Below, piece after piece: positions 63,526 to 64,000 of a stretch of 64,000 nt of DNA. Position numbers and translations under genes: made by a program. This DNA comes from Clostridia bacterium. Lineage in GTDB: Bacteria > Bacillota > SHA-98 > UBA4971. A model generated the notes under the pieces. That model was not told where the DNA came from. It was given only the letters and a program-made list of their open reading frames with translations, and did no database searches. The DNA is taken from NCBI GenBank assembly GCA_050261175.1, contig JBLNDA010000018.1:21510-85509 (forward strand). The letters run 5' to 3'. Numbering within the stretch: the first letter of the stretch is position 1; each line of letters starts with the position of its first letter.

Positions 63526-64000
63526 ATGGCGTACGTCGTGTTGAAACGGGGAAGGGAAGGCCGTGCCCGAGCGCGTCACCCTTGGGTTTACGCGGGGGAG
63601 ATCGATGCGATCACGGGGGACCCCGCGCCTGGCGACATCGTGGACGTTGTCGACCATAGGAAGAAGTTTCTCGGGCGGGGCTTCATCAATCCCGTCTCCA
63701 GCATCACAGTGAGGATACTCACCTGGGACGAGCAGGAGATAGACGAGGGTTTCCTCTACAGAAGGATCGCGGCTGCGCGGGACTACCGCAGGGCGGTGGG
63801 AGCGGAGGCGCCGTGCTACCGCGTGGTCTTCAGCGACGGGGACATGCTCTCGTCCTTGATTGTCGACAGGTACGAGGACGTGTGCGTCATCCAGACCCTT
63901 GCCCTCGGCATGGACGTGAGGAAGGACGCGATCGCGGCCGCGGTGCGGGACATCCTGGGAACGAGCAAGGTGTACGAACGCAACGACTCGCGCGCGCGAG
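63526..64000 (+). CDS. rlmI: Class I SAM-dependent rRNA methyltransferase, RlmI/YwbD-like (N-terminal PUA-like part only; runs off the window)
   Basis: Manual translation gives MAYVVLKRGREGRARARHPWVYAGEIDAITGDPAPGDIVDVVDHRKKFLGRGFINPVSSITVRILT..., the typical RlmI N-terminus. A GGGAG SD lies 7 nt upstream. It is not in the ORF track because no stop falls within the window. Confidence 0.8.
   Translation, partial: MAYVVLKRGREGRARARHPWVYAGEIDAITGDPAPGDIVDVVDHRKKFLGRGFINPVSSITVRILTWDEQEIDEGFLYRRIAAARDYRRAVGAEAPCYRVVFSDGDMLSSLIVDRYEDVCVIQTLALGMDVRKDAIAAAVRDILGTSKVYERNDSRAR

Noticed and set aside
1-64000. Mobile elements, CRISPR arrays, tRNA/rRNA genes, prophage or defence islands
   Set aside because: Scanning by eye and through the ORF track, I found no transposase, integrase or recombinase-like ORFs, no regularly spaced repeat arrays and no tRNA-like cloverleaf regions. 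The short tandem repeats found (11, 12 and 13 bp) are isolated and have no spacers.

Overview
This is 64 kb of visibly GC-rich core chromosome (GC not computed). It appears to come from an endospore-forming Bacillota-type organism, inferred from spoVS, spoIIGA-sigE, spoIIR, sigG and a Bacillus-like dcw/ylm gene order. Nearly all genes are on the + strand and recognisable. In order: rny (5'-partial)-hypothetical-ymdB-spoVS; a GNAT gene; then a dcw cluster, mraZ-rsmH-ftsL-PBP2B-murE-murF-mraY-[murD slot empty]-ftsW/spoVE-murG-murC-murB-murA-divIB-DUF881-sbp-ftsA-ftsZ. Next come spoIIGA-sigE, an inserted winged-helix regulator plus orphan radical-SAM pair, and an inverted block sigG-spoIIR-ylmC that holds the only minus-strand genes. 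These are followed by nrdR-nrdD-nrdG with NrdR boxes, and pgeF-HlyD-like-ylmE-sepF-S4-ACT-DUF167-DUF5665-dksA-like-lspA-lgt-rluD. A ykkC-family riboswitch (probably PRPP-sensing, inferred from context) precedes purE-C-S-Q-L-(purF::purM single ORF)-N-H-D. After a ~1.1-kb coding-poor spacer comes a complete lysine-fermentation operon, kdd-kamA-(P-loop ORF)-kamD-kamE-kal-kce-atoD-atoA, and then the start of an rlmI-like gene. I saw no rRNA, tRNA, CRISPR array, transposase or integrase. The many long minus-strand ORFs in the track, including one of 1035 aa, are antisense artefacts of GC-rich codon usage. I do not see a clear self-contained novel multi-gene system. The best follow-up candidates are the wHTH + radical-SAM insertion in the sigE/sigG locus, the uncharacterised P-loop gene inside the kam operon, the PurF::PurM fusion, the tandem-looking ykkC leader and the 1.1-kb non-coding spacer. 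Start codons were chosen by eye from SD-like motifs and homologue N-termini and may be off by a few codons.
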